64,000 nucleotides of DNA from the IMG/VR virus record IMGVR_UViG_3300020036_003693, positions 34-64,033 of that record. The stretch is one strand, 5' to 3'. Numbering within the stretch: position 1 is the stretch's first letter; every line of letters begins with the position of its first letter. Both the position numbers and the translations under genes were made by a program. The notes beneath the pieces are model-generated. The model was not told the DNA's origin, ran no database searches, and saw only the letters and a program-made list of their open reading frames with translations. Below, in pieces: positions 35,343 through 45,055 of the stretch. This DNA comes from a virus (Duplodnaviria > Caudoviricetes).

Positions 35343-38300
35343 CTATACGTAAGCGGGTGAAAGGTTATCCGAGTTAGGACCACCGAAGGGTCTAACTGGA
35401 GTGTAAGCTCCTTGGCGTCCCCAAGGACCGATATGAAACACCGTATCGCGCTCGAACAGTACCAGCGGCGTTGGGCAGGTGATACTGGGAGTCCAGATTC
35501 TACACTTTCTGGACATCAGCGGCAAATAGAATTGCTTCTTTACACCGTTGCTGGAAGGGATAGTAAAGGGGTAGTCAACAGCTCCGTCCAGGTTGATAAT
35601 CAGGGTTGCGTCGTCATTGGAGACATACGTGATCCAGGCTTCTCGGAGGTGTTTCCAGCCTGGGATTTCACTACCCTGGGGCTGGGCGTTCCACTCGGTG
35701 CTGCTCTCCGGGTAGGATTCCGTGACCCAATAGACCACATAATTCTTGAAGGATACTCCAGTCCCGGTCCCGGTGGAGACCTGGCGAATGCGCGCATGGT
35801 GAGCAATCACCGGAGGCGCAGTGAACGGGTAGTACTGCTCCCGGAACCCATCGTGGTTGATGGTAAAGTTGCGGAAATCATTGGCGATGCCATTGGTGAA
35901 CTCCACCTCCAGTGTCACGTCCTGGCCTCCGGTGTCTGCGGAGATTAGGACTCCCTGGAACCACTCAGCGCCGATCTTGCTGCCCTTGTCCCAATCCGGG
36001 GCGCGCAGCACGATGTTCTCCGGCTGTGTGTAGAAGCTGGGTTGCCAGGACCAGCCCATGAAGATGGCGGAGCTGGTGGAGATAAACAGCTTTACCCCCA
36101 GGTTACGCGCCTCGAAGCCATCACCAGAGGCAAAGTCAATGAGCTGGAGACCTCTGATGGAGTTCTGGATAATGTCTTGTTGGAGCTGGGTGGTGTAGTT
36201 ATCTGCCCAGTGTTGCACGGTGACGGGGAGATTCCCCGTGTTGATGTCAAAGATCGTGTCTCCAAAGGATTTCTGTGCGCGCTCATCTCCTGCGTCAAAG
36301 CAGGGGAGCCAAAGCTCTGCGAAGATGGGTAGAGCTAGGTCGTTCACGCCATCTACTGTGCAAACGCGTCCGTTGGTGCCGCCCACGAGGAGCTTGAAGT
36401 TCCCCTTGCCCCGTTGCCCCAGGTGGATACGAGCTCCCAGACCAATGTTCGAGTACTCATCGAACATCCAGCCTTGAAGGTTGGAGTCGTAGATCATGGT
36501 GTGGAACTCAGCGTCTATGCCTGGGTAGTCAAAGTAGACCAGAGGGCCGTAGGTCGTGAGCCGGAACTCATCTGTACGCGTGTAGTCAGGGGCAACGAAG
36601 CCATTGACGCTGGTGCCGTTGATGCCGTCGTGGGGGAACAGGGAGTAGAGCGAGTCATTGGTGATAGAGACAGGCTGGCCTCCCTCGGAGCGGTAGATGC
36701 CATCCTTGCTCACGAAGTATATGTAAACGTCTGAGTCTACTGCTGTCGGGGAGACCAGCCCCCGGGAGTTGGCGATGGGCTCTGCACGGAATAGAGAGGC
36801 CCCGGGGATACCAGAGCCATCCCGAGTGATAATGAACATCTCGTCTGCGGAGAACGCGAAGGGGCGTCCATCATAGATGCAGCCACCCACCATCTCGCTT
36901 CCGTTGGTAGGAGCTTCCACATAGTTTCGATCACTGGTGGTATCCGGGTCGTTCCCGTTGGTCCAGTAGATGGAGAAAGGGTTGAGGGGGTCTCCGGTTG
37001 CGAATATGAACAGGCCGCCTTCGAGTGCGTATGGCCCCCAGATACTGGGGAGGGGGTTCCCTATTACTACTGGAGAGTTGATCTCCGCGAGGACGTTGGA
37101 CTGGGTGCCTGCGCTCTCGGTTAGGTAGAGCGTCTGGTCGTCTGTTGGCTGACCATAGAGGATATAGGTGCGCGAGGCGATCTCTATCAGGGTGCCCGGA
37201 GACCAGTTGAGATTGAACTTATCTCCGCTGATCCAGGAGACCTTGGGACCTACCACGGATACCTGGCATTGGAAGGGGAGCGCCACCGTTGCGAACGGCG
37301 GGAATGTGTTGAAGTTCAACGGACGCGAGTTGTTGAGCATCTCGTCGGAGAAGTTATCCTCGAAGGTAGCTCCAGCGGTGTTGCTGGTGCTGCCCAGGTA
37401 GAGGAACTCGAACCGGGAGCCGCCCCAGCGGTAGACATCACGTTTGTCCACCTGGGGATTCGGGTTCGCATCTCCCAGGTTCAGTGTGGTTAGCTGACGG
37501 CGAGCAACCACACCAGACCGAGTAGGAGGGGAAGGCAGGCTACGAGCACCAGTACGAGAATCCCGATCCTGGATGATGTAGTAGTAGGCATTCGCTCGTA
37601 GATCATCAGAGCCTTTCATATCCGGGTTGCTGCCCCCGGAGATATACCAGGAGCCAAGCCGGACTACCTGGTTGGTGGATTTGAACTTGAAGTTCACCAT
37701 CACAGAGGTAGTGTCCTTCAGGGTACGCGAGATGTCCTGGCCGACACGGTTGAGCTGGCCGATCTTGAATCGCAGGGTAAACCATTGCTGCTTACCGGAG
37801 CCTGCCTGGAATGGACCCGGGGCTTCTGCACCTGCTGTGCCGAGTCCACCACCGGTGCCGGTTCCGTCATCGAACCGGGCGAGCAGCCGCTTCTTGATTC
37901 CCTGGAAGGGTGTGCCCTCACCAGGGAAGCCAACGAGCAGCTCGGAGTAGAACTGCCGTCGCTTCTCCAGCTCCGCGTTCGCTGCCGAGAGGGACGTGTT
38001 GAACAGGTCAAACTGGTAGCGTTGGATATTCTGAGCTGTAGCCGAGACCTGGGTTTGGGTGAGGTCAAAGCTGGCGAATGTCTGAAGGTCTTCCTGGCGG
38101 AATGGGAAGAACAGATAGTTCCGCGAGAGGTCATCAGCAGCGTAGGCCAGGGTTGTGTTCGGGTCTATGTCGAACCAGACGCGGCCTTCCACGAGCTGGC
38201 TGGCATCAGATAAGTAGAGAGTAACTACTACCTCGTCTTCGTCTGTGACCTGGCGGGAGGCGAACTTGGAAAGGTCTCGCGGTGCATTGAGTCTAATGTT

Positions 38301-39422
38301 TCCGACACCTGCTGGCGCAACTCCTGGGTAAGTGAATGTAGATTGGATGTAACTACCGGACAGAGATTCTCCAGCGACATGATTGTTCGCACAGTATGCA
38401 CGGAAGGCACGCAGTCCCGCCACGCTATCCCCGGCAGATCGAGTTGCCGTGGTGCTGCAACGGACTGCGGCTTTGTTATCCTTGTCGAGAATAACATCGA
38501 GGACACGGACGTTCTCAGCGCCTGCGAGGCGCAGTAAGCAGTTAGGTATAAGGCCAGCCGTGGGGTTCGCCAGTTGGACCCAGCAAAGTCCACTGGTTCC
38601 GGTGTCATAGGAAATAGACTCAATTGTCGTATTTGCGATAAGCGCGAAGACTTGCTCGATGACGACTGTTTCATCAGAACCTCCTCCTGAGTTGACTCGG
38701 ACTCTGGTGCCTTCGTTAAGTTCGCTGCCCAGGGAGGCTGGAGCGATCCCGCAGTAGCCATTGGTGCCAGAGTCAAAGAGTATATGAGTGATGGTGGTGG
38801 AGATGCGAGAGCCGGTGGAGAGTCCTCCCGCGTTCACTGAGGCGTTCCAGGTGTTGCCGTCCTGGGAGAGCGAGGTAGCCTGGGTGATCTCGATTACCTC
38901 AGGGGGAGCTGCTTCCACCGTGGGCGGGGCAGGGAGCTCAGGTATTCCCCAGGAGTAGCAGGTGCGATCCTGAGCTACCTTGAGCAGAGAGAGCGCGTTG
39001 GCCACGTATGCCCAGTTCGCAGGGGAGCGATCCGGGCGGGCGGCGACGATTGTGAGCGGGTCCCCGGAGAGACCGGCAGCGAGAGGGGCGGAGAAGTCTA
39101 CCTGGGCATCTCCTGCGAATAGTTGTGTGCCTGCACCTACTATGTATGCGTGAGCTCCGGGGCCTGAGCTGGGGTCATTCAGCCGGTAGATCGAGTGGAC
39201 ACTGGGGTTCCCTGCGAGCTGGAACAGCAACTGGAGCCCAGGTCGGGAACGCAGCTCGCCATCCACGTAGGCGCGCAGGTTCTTAGCGAAGGGGTAGCGA
39301 CCCTCTGCGAGTTTATCCGGGGGGTGCGCAACATCTATCCCTCGAAAGAGAAACTTCCGTGAGACCCGCTGGAAGACCGAGCCTTGATTCTCACCTGTTG
39401 GACGACCTTGGGTAGTTGGCAT
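35343..39422 (-). CDS. tail nozzle/stabilisation protein (T7 gp12 / P22 gp10-like role) with large insertion
   Basis: N-terminal NLRAYVDGELRSRPG; propeller-like YFVSKDGIYRSEG, IYDSNLQGW; 1359 aa. Confidence 0.7.
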   Translation of the reverse strand: MPTTQGRPTGENQGSVFQRVSRKFLFRGIDVAHPPDKLAEGRYPFAKNLRAYVDGELRSRPGLQLLFQLAGNPSVHSIYRLNDPSSGPGAHAYIVGAGTQLFAGDAQVDFSAPLAAGLSGDPLTIVAARPDRSPANWAYVANALSLLKVAQDRTCYSWGIPELPAPPTVEAAPPEVIEITQATSLSQDGNTWNASVNAGGLSTGSRISTTITHILFDSGTNGYCGIAPASLGSELNEGTRVRVNSGGGSDETVVIEQVFALIANTTIESISYDTGTSGLCWVQLANPTAGLIPNCLLRLAGAENVRVLDVILDKDNKAAVRCSTTATRSAGDSVAGLRAFRAYCANNHVAGESLSGSYIQSTFTYPGVAPAGVGNIRLNAPRDLSKFASRQVTDEDEVVVTLYLSDASQLVEGRVWFDIDPNTTLAYAADDLSRNYLFFPFRQEDLQTFASFDLTQTQVSATAQNIQRYQFDLFNTSLSAANAELEKRRQFYSELLVGFPGEGTPFQGIKKRLLARFDDGTGTGGGLGTAGAEAPGPFQAGSGKQQWFTLRFKIGQLNRVGQDISRTLKDTTSVMVNFKFKSTNQVVRLGSWYISGGSNPDMKGSDDLRANAYYYIIQDRDSRTGARSLPSPPTRSGVVARRQLTTLNLGDANPNPQVDKRDVYRWGGSRFEFLYLGSTSNTAGATFEDNFSDEMLNNSRPLNFNTFPPFATVALPFQCQVSVVGPKVSWISGDKFNLNWSPGTLIEIASRTYILYGQPTDDQTLYLTESAGTQSNVLAEINSPVVIGNPLPSIWGPYALEGGLFIFATGDPLNPFSIYWTNGNDPDTTSDRNYVEAPTNGSEMVGGCIYDGRPFAFSADEMFIITRDGSGIPGASLFRAEPIANSRGLVSPTAVDSDVYIYFVSKDGIYRSEGGQPVSITNDSLYSLFPHDGINGTSVNGFVAPDYTRTDEFRLTTYGPLVYFDYPGIDAEFHTMIYDSNLQGWMFDEYSNIGLGARIHLGQRGKGNFKLLVGGTNGRVCTVDGVNDLALPIFAELWLPCFDAGDERAQKSFGDTIFDINTGNLPVTVQHWADNYTTQLQQDIIQNSIRGLQLIDFASGDGFEARNLGVKLFISTSSAIFMGWSWQPSFYTQPENIVLRAPDWDKGSKIGAEWFQGVLISADTGGQDVTLEVEFTNGIANDFRNFTINHDGFREQYYPFTAPPVIAHHARIRQVSTGTGTGVSFKNYVVYWVTESYPESSTEWNAQPQGSEIPGWKHLREAWITYVSNDDATLIINLDGAVDYPFTIPSSNGVKKQFYLPLMSRKCRIWTPSITCPTPLVLFERDTVFHIGPWGRQGAYTPVRPFGGPNSDNLSPAYV

Positions 39423-39431
39423 AGGGGGTTG

Positions 39432-39665
39432 CTACTCCTTGGTATGAAATACGCCAAGTCTTACTGCGGTTCTATCGTCGGATACCTGTAACTGCCCGTT
39501 AAAGATTTTCTTGCCCCACATGAACCCTATTCCGGTGAATAAGATAAGAGGATTTAACTGCACAGCGTTGTGCAGGTTGAGACTAATATACAACTTCCAT
39601 ATCCTTATGGACAGGAATCCCGGATGTAGGATGAAGATTGGGCTAGTTACAGTTACTGCGTACAT
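39432..39665 (-). CDS. hypothetical protein (77 aa, AT-richer than its flanks)
   Basis: AAGGAG SD 7 nt before the ATG; fills the intergenic gap. Confidence 0.55.
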   Translation of the reverse strand: MYAVTVTSPIFILHPGFLSIRIWKLYISLNLHNAVQLNPLILFTGIGFMWGKKIFNGQLQVSDDRTAVRLGVFHTKE

Positions 39666-39688
39666 TGGGCTGTCTCCTTGGTTATGGG

Positions 39689-41074
39689 TTACTTATCCGG
39701 TTGCGCTTCCTCATCCAGGTGCGCAGGTTTACGACGCCGTTGGAAATCCGGTTTCTCTTTGAGCAGCTCGAAGTTCCCGCTCTCTGCCTGGAGTTTCTTG
39801 TTGAATGCGATAGCCTGGAGGAGGAACCGTTGGTAGCTAGGGATGGTATCCACGAACTCCTGGCCGCCGAGCTTAAAGCAGGCGAGGTGGTGCGCCAGGT
39901 CCAGGAGTGTCTGGACGTGTTCGCTGCCCAGGTCCAGGTACTCGGCTTCGCTGGCAGGGATGGGTGCGTTCGCGGCCAGGTCAAAGGTAATGGAGTAGTC
40001 CTGGGTTGGACGCGGGTGCAGGGAGATCGTGCTCCAGGAGTGGAGGACGATGGAGCTGGGAACGCTAGTGTTGGCCTCGGTCTGGTTCCTCCAGTTTGGC
40101 TCCACTGCATCCATATCCCAGGCAGCAGAGACCTGGCATTCCACGTCGTTTATGTAACAGCGCATCAGCCCAGGAAAGACCCGCGAGAGCACGATGGCAT
40201 CCTTGAAGCGCATCATGCAGTAATCCGCACGGAACTTATCCCGGCGCTCACCCTCGGCGTTGAGCAGGGTGAACAGCGTGTAGTACTTCGCAGCCCAGGT
40301 AAAGTTCCCAGGGAGGTAGAGTGAGTTACCTGCGGTGGTGATCGTGGGAGCCAGGTCCAGGTTAGCAAGTACCTTCAGATAGTAGAGAGTCCCTGTGTCA
40401 CTCGGGGCTGGGGACATCTCGATCCGGCGTGGAGCGGTTGCCACAAGGGAGTAGGAATCCGGCACCAGGGCTGAGTCCTCCACGAGCCCTCGGACGTATT
40501 GATCCTGGCGGGCAAGGGGGAACTGTTGCGCTGGGGTGCTGGGTGGAGTAGCTGGGACTTCCCAGTAGACGGAGCGTAGGTTGATTGCATCTGCGGCGAG
40601 ATCATATTGGTTGATCGGAGTTGGGGAGACTACCTGGGAGTCTACCTCGGTGATAAAGGAGGTTGCCTGCTGGAGCGCGTTGACTGCGTGCTGGAGGGCA
40701 GTGACCAATACTGGCAGGTCATATTGCTCAGTGCCCGGCCAGGGGAGATTCCACGCAGTTATCGGAGGCTCCAGCAAGGAGTAGCAGATGGAGTTCACCA
40801 GGTCCCGGTCGAGCTGGGAGAGAGCCATCGGGTAGACCGTGGTAAGCCCCTGCTGGTAGTTGACGAACGGAGGAAGAAAGTAGTCTTTGTCAGCTATCGA
40901 AGGGGTGAAGCCTGCCCGCCGTACCCAGTAGCCGGTGAAGGCGGCCCAGGTACGGAGTGCCTCAGTGGTGTAGTCAAGTAGTTCCTCCCGGGAGAAGAAC
41001 ACGTTGGTTGGGTCATCCAGCCGATTGGAGAGCTGGTCTATGAATTGCCCCAGGGTTAGGATTTGATAAGGCAT
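39689..41074 (-). CDS. head-tail adaptor / tail tubular protein with an apparent internal duplication
   Basis: LSNRLDD...FFSREELLDYTTEAL motif; second similar module after QYDLPVLVTALQHAV. Confidence 0.65.
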   Translation of the reverse strand: MPYQILTLGQFIDQLSNRLDDPTNVFFSREELLDYTTEALRTWAAFTGYWVRRAGFTPSIADKDYFLPPFVNYQQGLTTVYPMALSQLDRDLVNSICYSLLEPPITAWNLPWPGTEQYDLPVLVTALQHAVNALQQATSFITEVDSQVVSPTPINQYDLAADAINLRSVYWEVPATPPSTPAQQFPLARQDQYVRGLVEDSALVPDSYSLVATAPRRIEMSPAPSDTGTLYYLKVLANLDLAPTITTAGNSLYLPGNFTWAAKYYTLFTLLNAEGERRDKFRADYCMMRFKDAIVLSRVFPGLMRCYINDVECQVSAAWDMDAVEPNWRNQTEANTSVPSSIVLHSWSTISLHPRPTQDYSITFDLAANAPIPASEAEYLDLGSEHVQTLLDLAHHLACFKLGGQEFVDTIPSYQRFLLQAIAFNKKLQAESGNFELLKEKPDFQRRRKPAHLDEEAQPDK

Positions 41075-41088
41075 AGAGAGAGAGAGAG
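41075..41088. repeat. (AG)7 / (CT)7 microsatellite immediately before a start codon
   Basis: agagagagagagag abutting CAT 41072-41074. Confidence 0.85.
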
Positions 41089-41093
41089 AAGAC

Positions 41094-41390
41094 CTAAGGA
41101 CGATCCATCTGTGACTGGTGCTGCCGGAGCTGGGATTGCTTCATGTCCACTAGCTGGGTCTCGATGTGTGACATCCTCAGGTTGATCAACTTCAGTTCAC
41201 CTTCTACTGATGCCTTCGAGGAGAACCGATCCTCGATCTTCTTCTCCAGACTAGCAGCCATATTAGCCAGGGCGTTGTTGATAGACAGTGAGAACCATCT
41301 ACCCCCGACCGCCATGATAAATGTCATCAAGCCGCACATGACTCCGATTGTTGACCAACTAATGTACATAAGAGATTCCTGGGGCACCAT
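41094..41390 (-). CDS. single-TM protein with coiled-coil (holin/XhlA-like)
   Basis: TM ISWSTIGVMCGLMTFIMAVGG followed by a coiled coil. Confidence 0.6.
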   Translation of the reverse strand: MVPQESLMYISWSTIGVMCGLMTFIMAVGGRWFSLSINNALANMAASLEKKIEDRFSSKASVEGELKLINLRMSHIETQLVDMKQSQLRQHQSQMDRP

Positions 41391-41435
41391 AGATTCTCCT
41401 TCTGGGGAAAGGGGAGGGGGAACTACTGGGTTAGG

Positions 41436-41894
41436 TTACTTCGGTGCAGGAGTTGCTGCCAGGGGAACTTGTCCTGGGAGCGGAGCCGGGACCAGGGTAT
41501 CCCCTTGGAGCTGGCAGCCTTCGCACTTGTGGGCCTTGCGCACGGAGTCGAACCAGGCGGTGAGCTTCTCATTGGCAGGTTTCAGACGGGATGTGACTCG
41601 AGCTTTGGCTCGGTAGTAAATGCCGAGAACTTTATCTTCGTCGTCCGTGGAGAGCATCTGGTCGAACAGGGTGCCGAGTTCCCGCTGGGCGGACTGGACT
41701 TCGGTGAGCAGTGAGTCCCGGGTGGTTTTCTCTGCGGCTGTGAGGGTCAGCGAGGAGGGCTTTCCTAACTTCTCTGACTTCTCTGACTTCGCTGGAGCTT
41801 CCTGAGCTTCCCCATAGTACAACAGGGAGCACGTGAGCAGCCCTGAGACCAGGACCAGAGTAAGTCGCGTGAGCAATGAGTATTTTGTATTCAT
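41436..41894 (-). CDS. exported coiled-coil protein with signal peptide/anchor
   Basis: MNTKYSLLTRLTLVLVSGLLTCSLLYYGEA-Q; helical body; CEGC; Pro-rich tail. Confidence 0.7.
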   Translation of the reverse strand: MNTKYSLLTRLTLVLVSGLLTCSLLYYGEAQEAPAKSEKSEKLGKPSSLTLTAAEKTTRDSLLTEVQSAQRELGTLFDQMLSTDDEDKVLGIYYRAKARVTSRLKPANEKLTAWFDSVRKAHKCEGCQLQGDTLVPAPLPGQVPLAATPAPK

Positions 41895-41941
41895 GATTGG
41901 TTGTTTGTTGTCTCCTTTGGTTAGTAGCAGGTTGTTAAGTT

Positions 41942-41976
41942 TCCTACAGGAGATAGTATATTTATCTCCTGTAGGA
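41942..41976. repeat. perfect 14-bp inverted repeat with 7-nt spacer (candidate operator/cruciform)
   Basis: tcctacaggagata-gtatatt-tatctcctgtagga. Confidence 0.85.
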
Positions 41977-41983
41977 TTGTCCA
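41955..41983 (-). promoter_or_regulatory. sigma70 promoter
   Basis: TGGACA-17 bp-TATACT on the - strand. Confidence 0.65.
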
Positions 41984-42005
41984 GAGCAGCGTGCCCGCAA
42001 TATTG

Positions 42006-45000
42006 CTAGTTCACTACCAGAAACCCAAAGCTGGTCTCAGCAGTGCAGGCCGCAACCAGGTTGATGGTAAACGAGCCAGACGCAGGAACCACGTTCTTTA
42101 CGTAGCACGTTGTATCGTTGGTGCGCGTAGAGACATGAATAGTTGATGAAGTTGTCACCAAACTATTAGTGACTGTGACCGCGGTTCCTGCCGCCGCGAC
42201 GTTGACCGTACCAGCAGATTTGTTGATCGTCTGGTTGCCGGTTGTGCCACCTGCGGTGATGGTTTGGTCGGCGTAATACTGGCGAACGATCAAGTCTCGA
42301 TAGGTCGCCGCCGTGCCATTATTAATTTCAAGTCGGCCAGCCGCGTTCCGGCCAACACCTGAATCAGTCGAATTATTAGCAGGATCACTAGACGAATCCC
42401 AGCCAATAATTCCAGAGGCTTTACTGTACATCCCTGCGCCATTGAACAGCGGGCCGACGACATTGGCGATTGAGATTTGAAGCCGTGTGCCATTTCCGTA
42501 GAAGCCGGTAGAGGTCACTGACTGCCCAATAACCAAGCCTGGTGCGGCTTGTGTTCCTAACGGGGTCAAGACCTGCCCTGCACTGCTAAGCTGCAAGACA
42601 TCCGAACCGTAAGCTCCACCGTTAATTGAAAATGCGAATTTCCAAAGCCCGGATGGATTCGCTGTGCCTTGCACGGGTAGCACGTAATGAGCCGCTTTTA
42701 CTGACTGAGATGCCGCTACACTATTTGTTTTATATCCCTGCCCTTCCTGCACAAAAGCTGGGCTGACCTGTTGGTTTCCGCTGGTCGCCGCCGTTGAGTT
42801 AGTCTGTTTGAAGCTCTCGGTAAGAGTCGTACCCAAACTGGTAAGAGTTTGGGTGACGGCACTAGAGGCAAAATTCAGGTTGGATGCGCCGAACCCGCCC
42901 GCACCGTCGTTAGTTTGAATGTCGCCACTGCTGCCACCTGGCGAACCTCCGCCGCCACCGCCACAGGCCGCTCCCTGCGTGGTGATGTTGCCGTTGGCAT
43001 CAAACTTCGCGCAGTCGTTCGTTGCCGGAGCGGAGCCCGCGTAGGTGATGAACTTGGTGGTGTTCCCCTGGACGGTGCCGACTGAGGTCGCCTGACCGCC
43101 TCCGCCAATAACGGGCAGATTGCTGGTCAGGGCAGCCGCAGAGGTAACGCAGGTTGCACAGCCAATCGTGCCGGTTGTGGTGATGGTGCCACCCGTGATC
43201 GGGGATGTAGTGGCAATGCTGGTAACTGTGCCGGAGCCACCGCCCGCAGTCGCGCAAGGCGTCACGCGCCATCGGCTTGTCGCCGCGTCGTACTGTGCAT
43301 CCGCGCATTCGTTCGCGCCCAGCGTCAGGTCGGCTCCCGTGCTAACCGTGAAGCGATTCGCCGCCTTAGAAGACGCTGATTCATTGGCGAGGACAATGTT
43401 ATTACTGCCCACGTTCCAGATGCGGTGCATCTGGCCGCTGACTTTCGTGCTGATGGCAAAAGTCAGCCCTGTTACCGTGCGACTGGCATCACTGCTCCAT
43501 CGTTGGAAGTAACTGGTGTACGTCGGATCGTAGTCATTCTGATCCGCCGTAAGCTGGCTCGGCGTTGTGGCAATAAAACCGAACGTCGCGCCATTGGTTA
43601 AGTCCCCGTCTGGCGTGGAATCTGCGCCAACCACGCCGATGACGCGCTGTGCCGGTTTATTGAATCCGACCGCCACGCACGCGGGGCAGTCTTCCGCTGC
43701 CGTGTTATTGACGTTCCATGCGAGATAGCTATTGCCGGTAATGCCCACCAGTCCCGGCGTTCCATCACCTGCGCCAAGCATGATGTTTGGCGCGATCAAC
43801 GATAGCCACGATCCCCCGCCTTTCATCCCAATACCGACATTAGGCGCATAGGCAGTGTTGCTCACATCATAAAAAGCAATACTGGGTCTGTCGTACCGCA
43901 CAGACGAATCGAAAAAGACTTGCCCGACGTTCGGGTAGGTACCCTGCTTAGTGCGGATGTGCAGTGATACGTTAGAATCCGATCCTGTAACTTGAAATAT
44001 GTTTTTGGGGGTGGTTGCTGTTGCACTATTGGTCAACCCAAAATAGTTGACTCCGCCTGTCTCACTCGTAAACAACAACAGGCTGGGGTTCCCGCTCTCG
44101 GTTGACTGGATACCTGTCCCATCGTCAAATCGCAGTGGGAACCCATCCGAGTCAATCGCGCTGGTCCAGGGGGTCTGAGAACCTCCACCACCAGAGCAAG
44201 CCACATAAGAATATGTTCCACTCCCATTGTTGTTCAGGCAACCACTGGCATTCGCAGGCCAGCCCACAATACCGGTTGTCGGAGGCAAGCCGGTGGCGTT
44301 CGTCAGTGTCAAGCTGGAAGGAGTTCCACCAGCTCCATTGAACAGGACTGGAGCACCTGCACTGCCTATGTTCACCGCGAGCGCAGTTGCTACTCCGGTG
44401 CCGAGCCCACTCACCCCGGTGGAGATGGGTAGCCCGGTGGCGTTCGTGAGGGTACCTGAAGCAGGGGTTCCCAAGACTGGGGCAGTCAGGACTGGCGCGG
44501 TGAGGGTCTTGTTCGTAAGCGTCTGCGTGCTGGTGAGACCTACGAATGTGTCAGTGCCCGCAAGGACAGTCCAAACCGCGCTACCCAGGGCACCCGTGGT
44601 AGGCTGGATGGTGACGCTGCCCGAGGTGGCATTGCGAAGCAGTACCTTACCGACTACGCTACCAGCCACACCAACCTGGAGAGTGTCAGTTCCGTTGAAG
44701 GTGAGAGCCGCTACACCTGTGCAAGCACCTGCACCGTCGTTATACTGTAGAGCACCTGTGGGTCCAATGACTGTGCAGCCGGAGCCACCACCCCCGGTGC
44801 CTGCGTTTGTCCAGGTGTCCGTAGCCGAGCAGAAGTAAATTCCCTGCGTGGCGGCTGTCTTGATAAAGACATCGGTTACGCCTGGGCCCGCGTTGCAGGT
44901 GGCCGGAAGCGCATCACCGGAAGTGATTCGGTAAGCGGTGCCAGAGCTGAACTGAGCCGTGGCAGGGGTGGCCAGGCTCAGCAGTACCAGCAGCAGCGGG

Positions 45001-45026
45001 AGGAGATACCAGAACAGTTTCTTCAT
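42006..45026 (-). CDS. tail-fibre-like protein with Sec signal peptide
   Basis: MKKLFWYLLPLLLVLLSLATPATA-Q; G/T/S-rich fibre modules (TLTNKTL, GSGTVTSIAT); 16 Cys. Confidence 0.8.
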   Translation of the reverse strand: MKKLFWYLLPLLLVLLSLATPATAQFSSGTAYRITSGDALPATCNAGPGVTDVFIKTAATQGIYFCSATDTWTNAGTGGGGSGCTVIGPTGALQYNDGAGACTGVAALTFNGTDTLQVGVAGSVVGKVLLRNATSGSVTIQPTTGALGSAVWTVLAGTDTFVGLTSTQTLTNKTLTAPVLTAPVLGTPASGTLTNATGLPISTGVSGLGTGVATALAVNIGSAGAPVLFNGAGGTPSSLTLTNATGLPPTTGIVGWPANASGCLNNNGSGTYSYVACSGGGGSQTPWTSAIDSDGFPLRFDDGTGIQSTESGNPSLLLFTSETGGVNYFGLTNSATATTPKNIFQVTGSDSNVSLHIRTKQGTYPNVGQVFFDSSVRYDRPSIAFYDVSNTAYAPNVGIGMKGGGSWLSLIAPNIMLGAGDGTPGLVGITGNSYLAWNVNNTAAEDCPACVAVGFNKPAQRVIGVVGADSTPDGDLTNGATFGFIATTPSQLTADQNDYDPTYTSYFQRWSSDASRTVTGLTFAISTKVSGQMHRIWNVGSNNIVLANESASSKAANRFTVSTGADLTLGANECADAQYDAATSRWRVTPCATAGGGSGTVTSIATTSPITGGTITTTGTIGCATCVTSAAALTSNLPVIGGGGQATSVGTVQGNTTKFITYAGSAPATNDCAKFDANGNITTQGAACGGGGGGSPGGSSGDIQTNDGAGGFGASNLNFASSAVTQTLTSLGTTLTESFKQTNSTAATSGNQQVSPAFVQEGQGYKTNSVAASQSVKAAHYVLPVQGTANPSGLWKFAFSINGGAYGSDVLQLSSAGQVLTPLGTQAAPGLVIGQSVTSTGFYGNGTRLQISIANVVGPLFNGAGMYSKASGIIGWDSSSDPANNSTDSGVGRNAAGRLEINNGTAATYRDLIVRQYYADQTITAGGTTGNQTINKSAGTVNVAAAGTAVTVTNSLVTTSSTIHVSTRTNDTTCYVKNVVPASGSFTINLVAACTAETSFGFLVVN

Positions 45027-45055
45027 AAAGGTTATGTCCTTTCCCTTGGAGAGGG

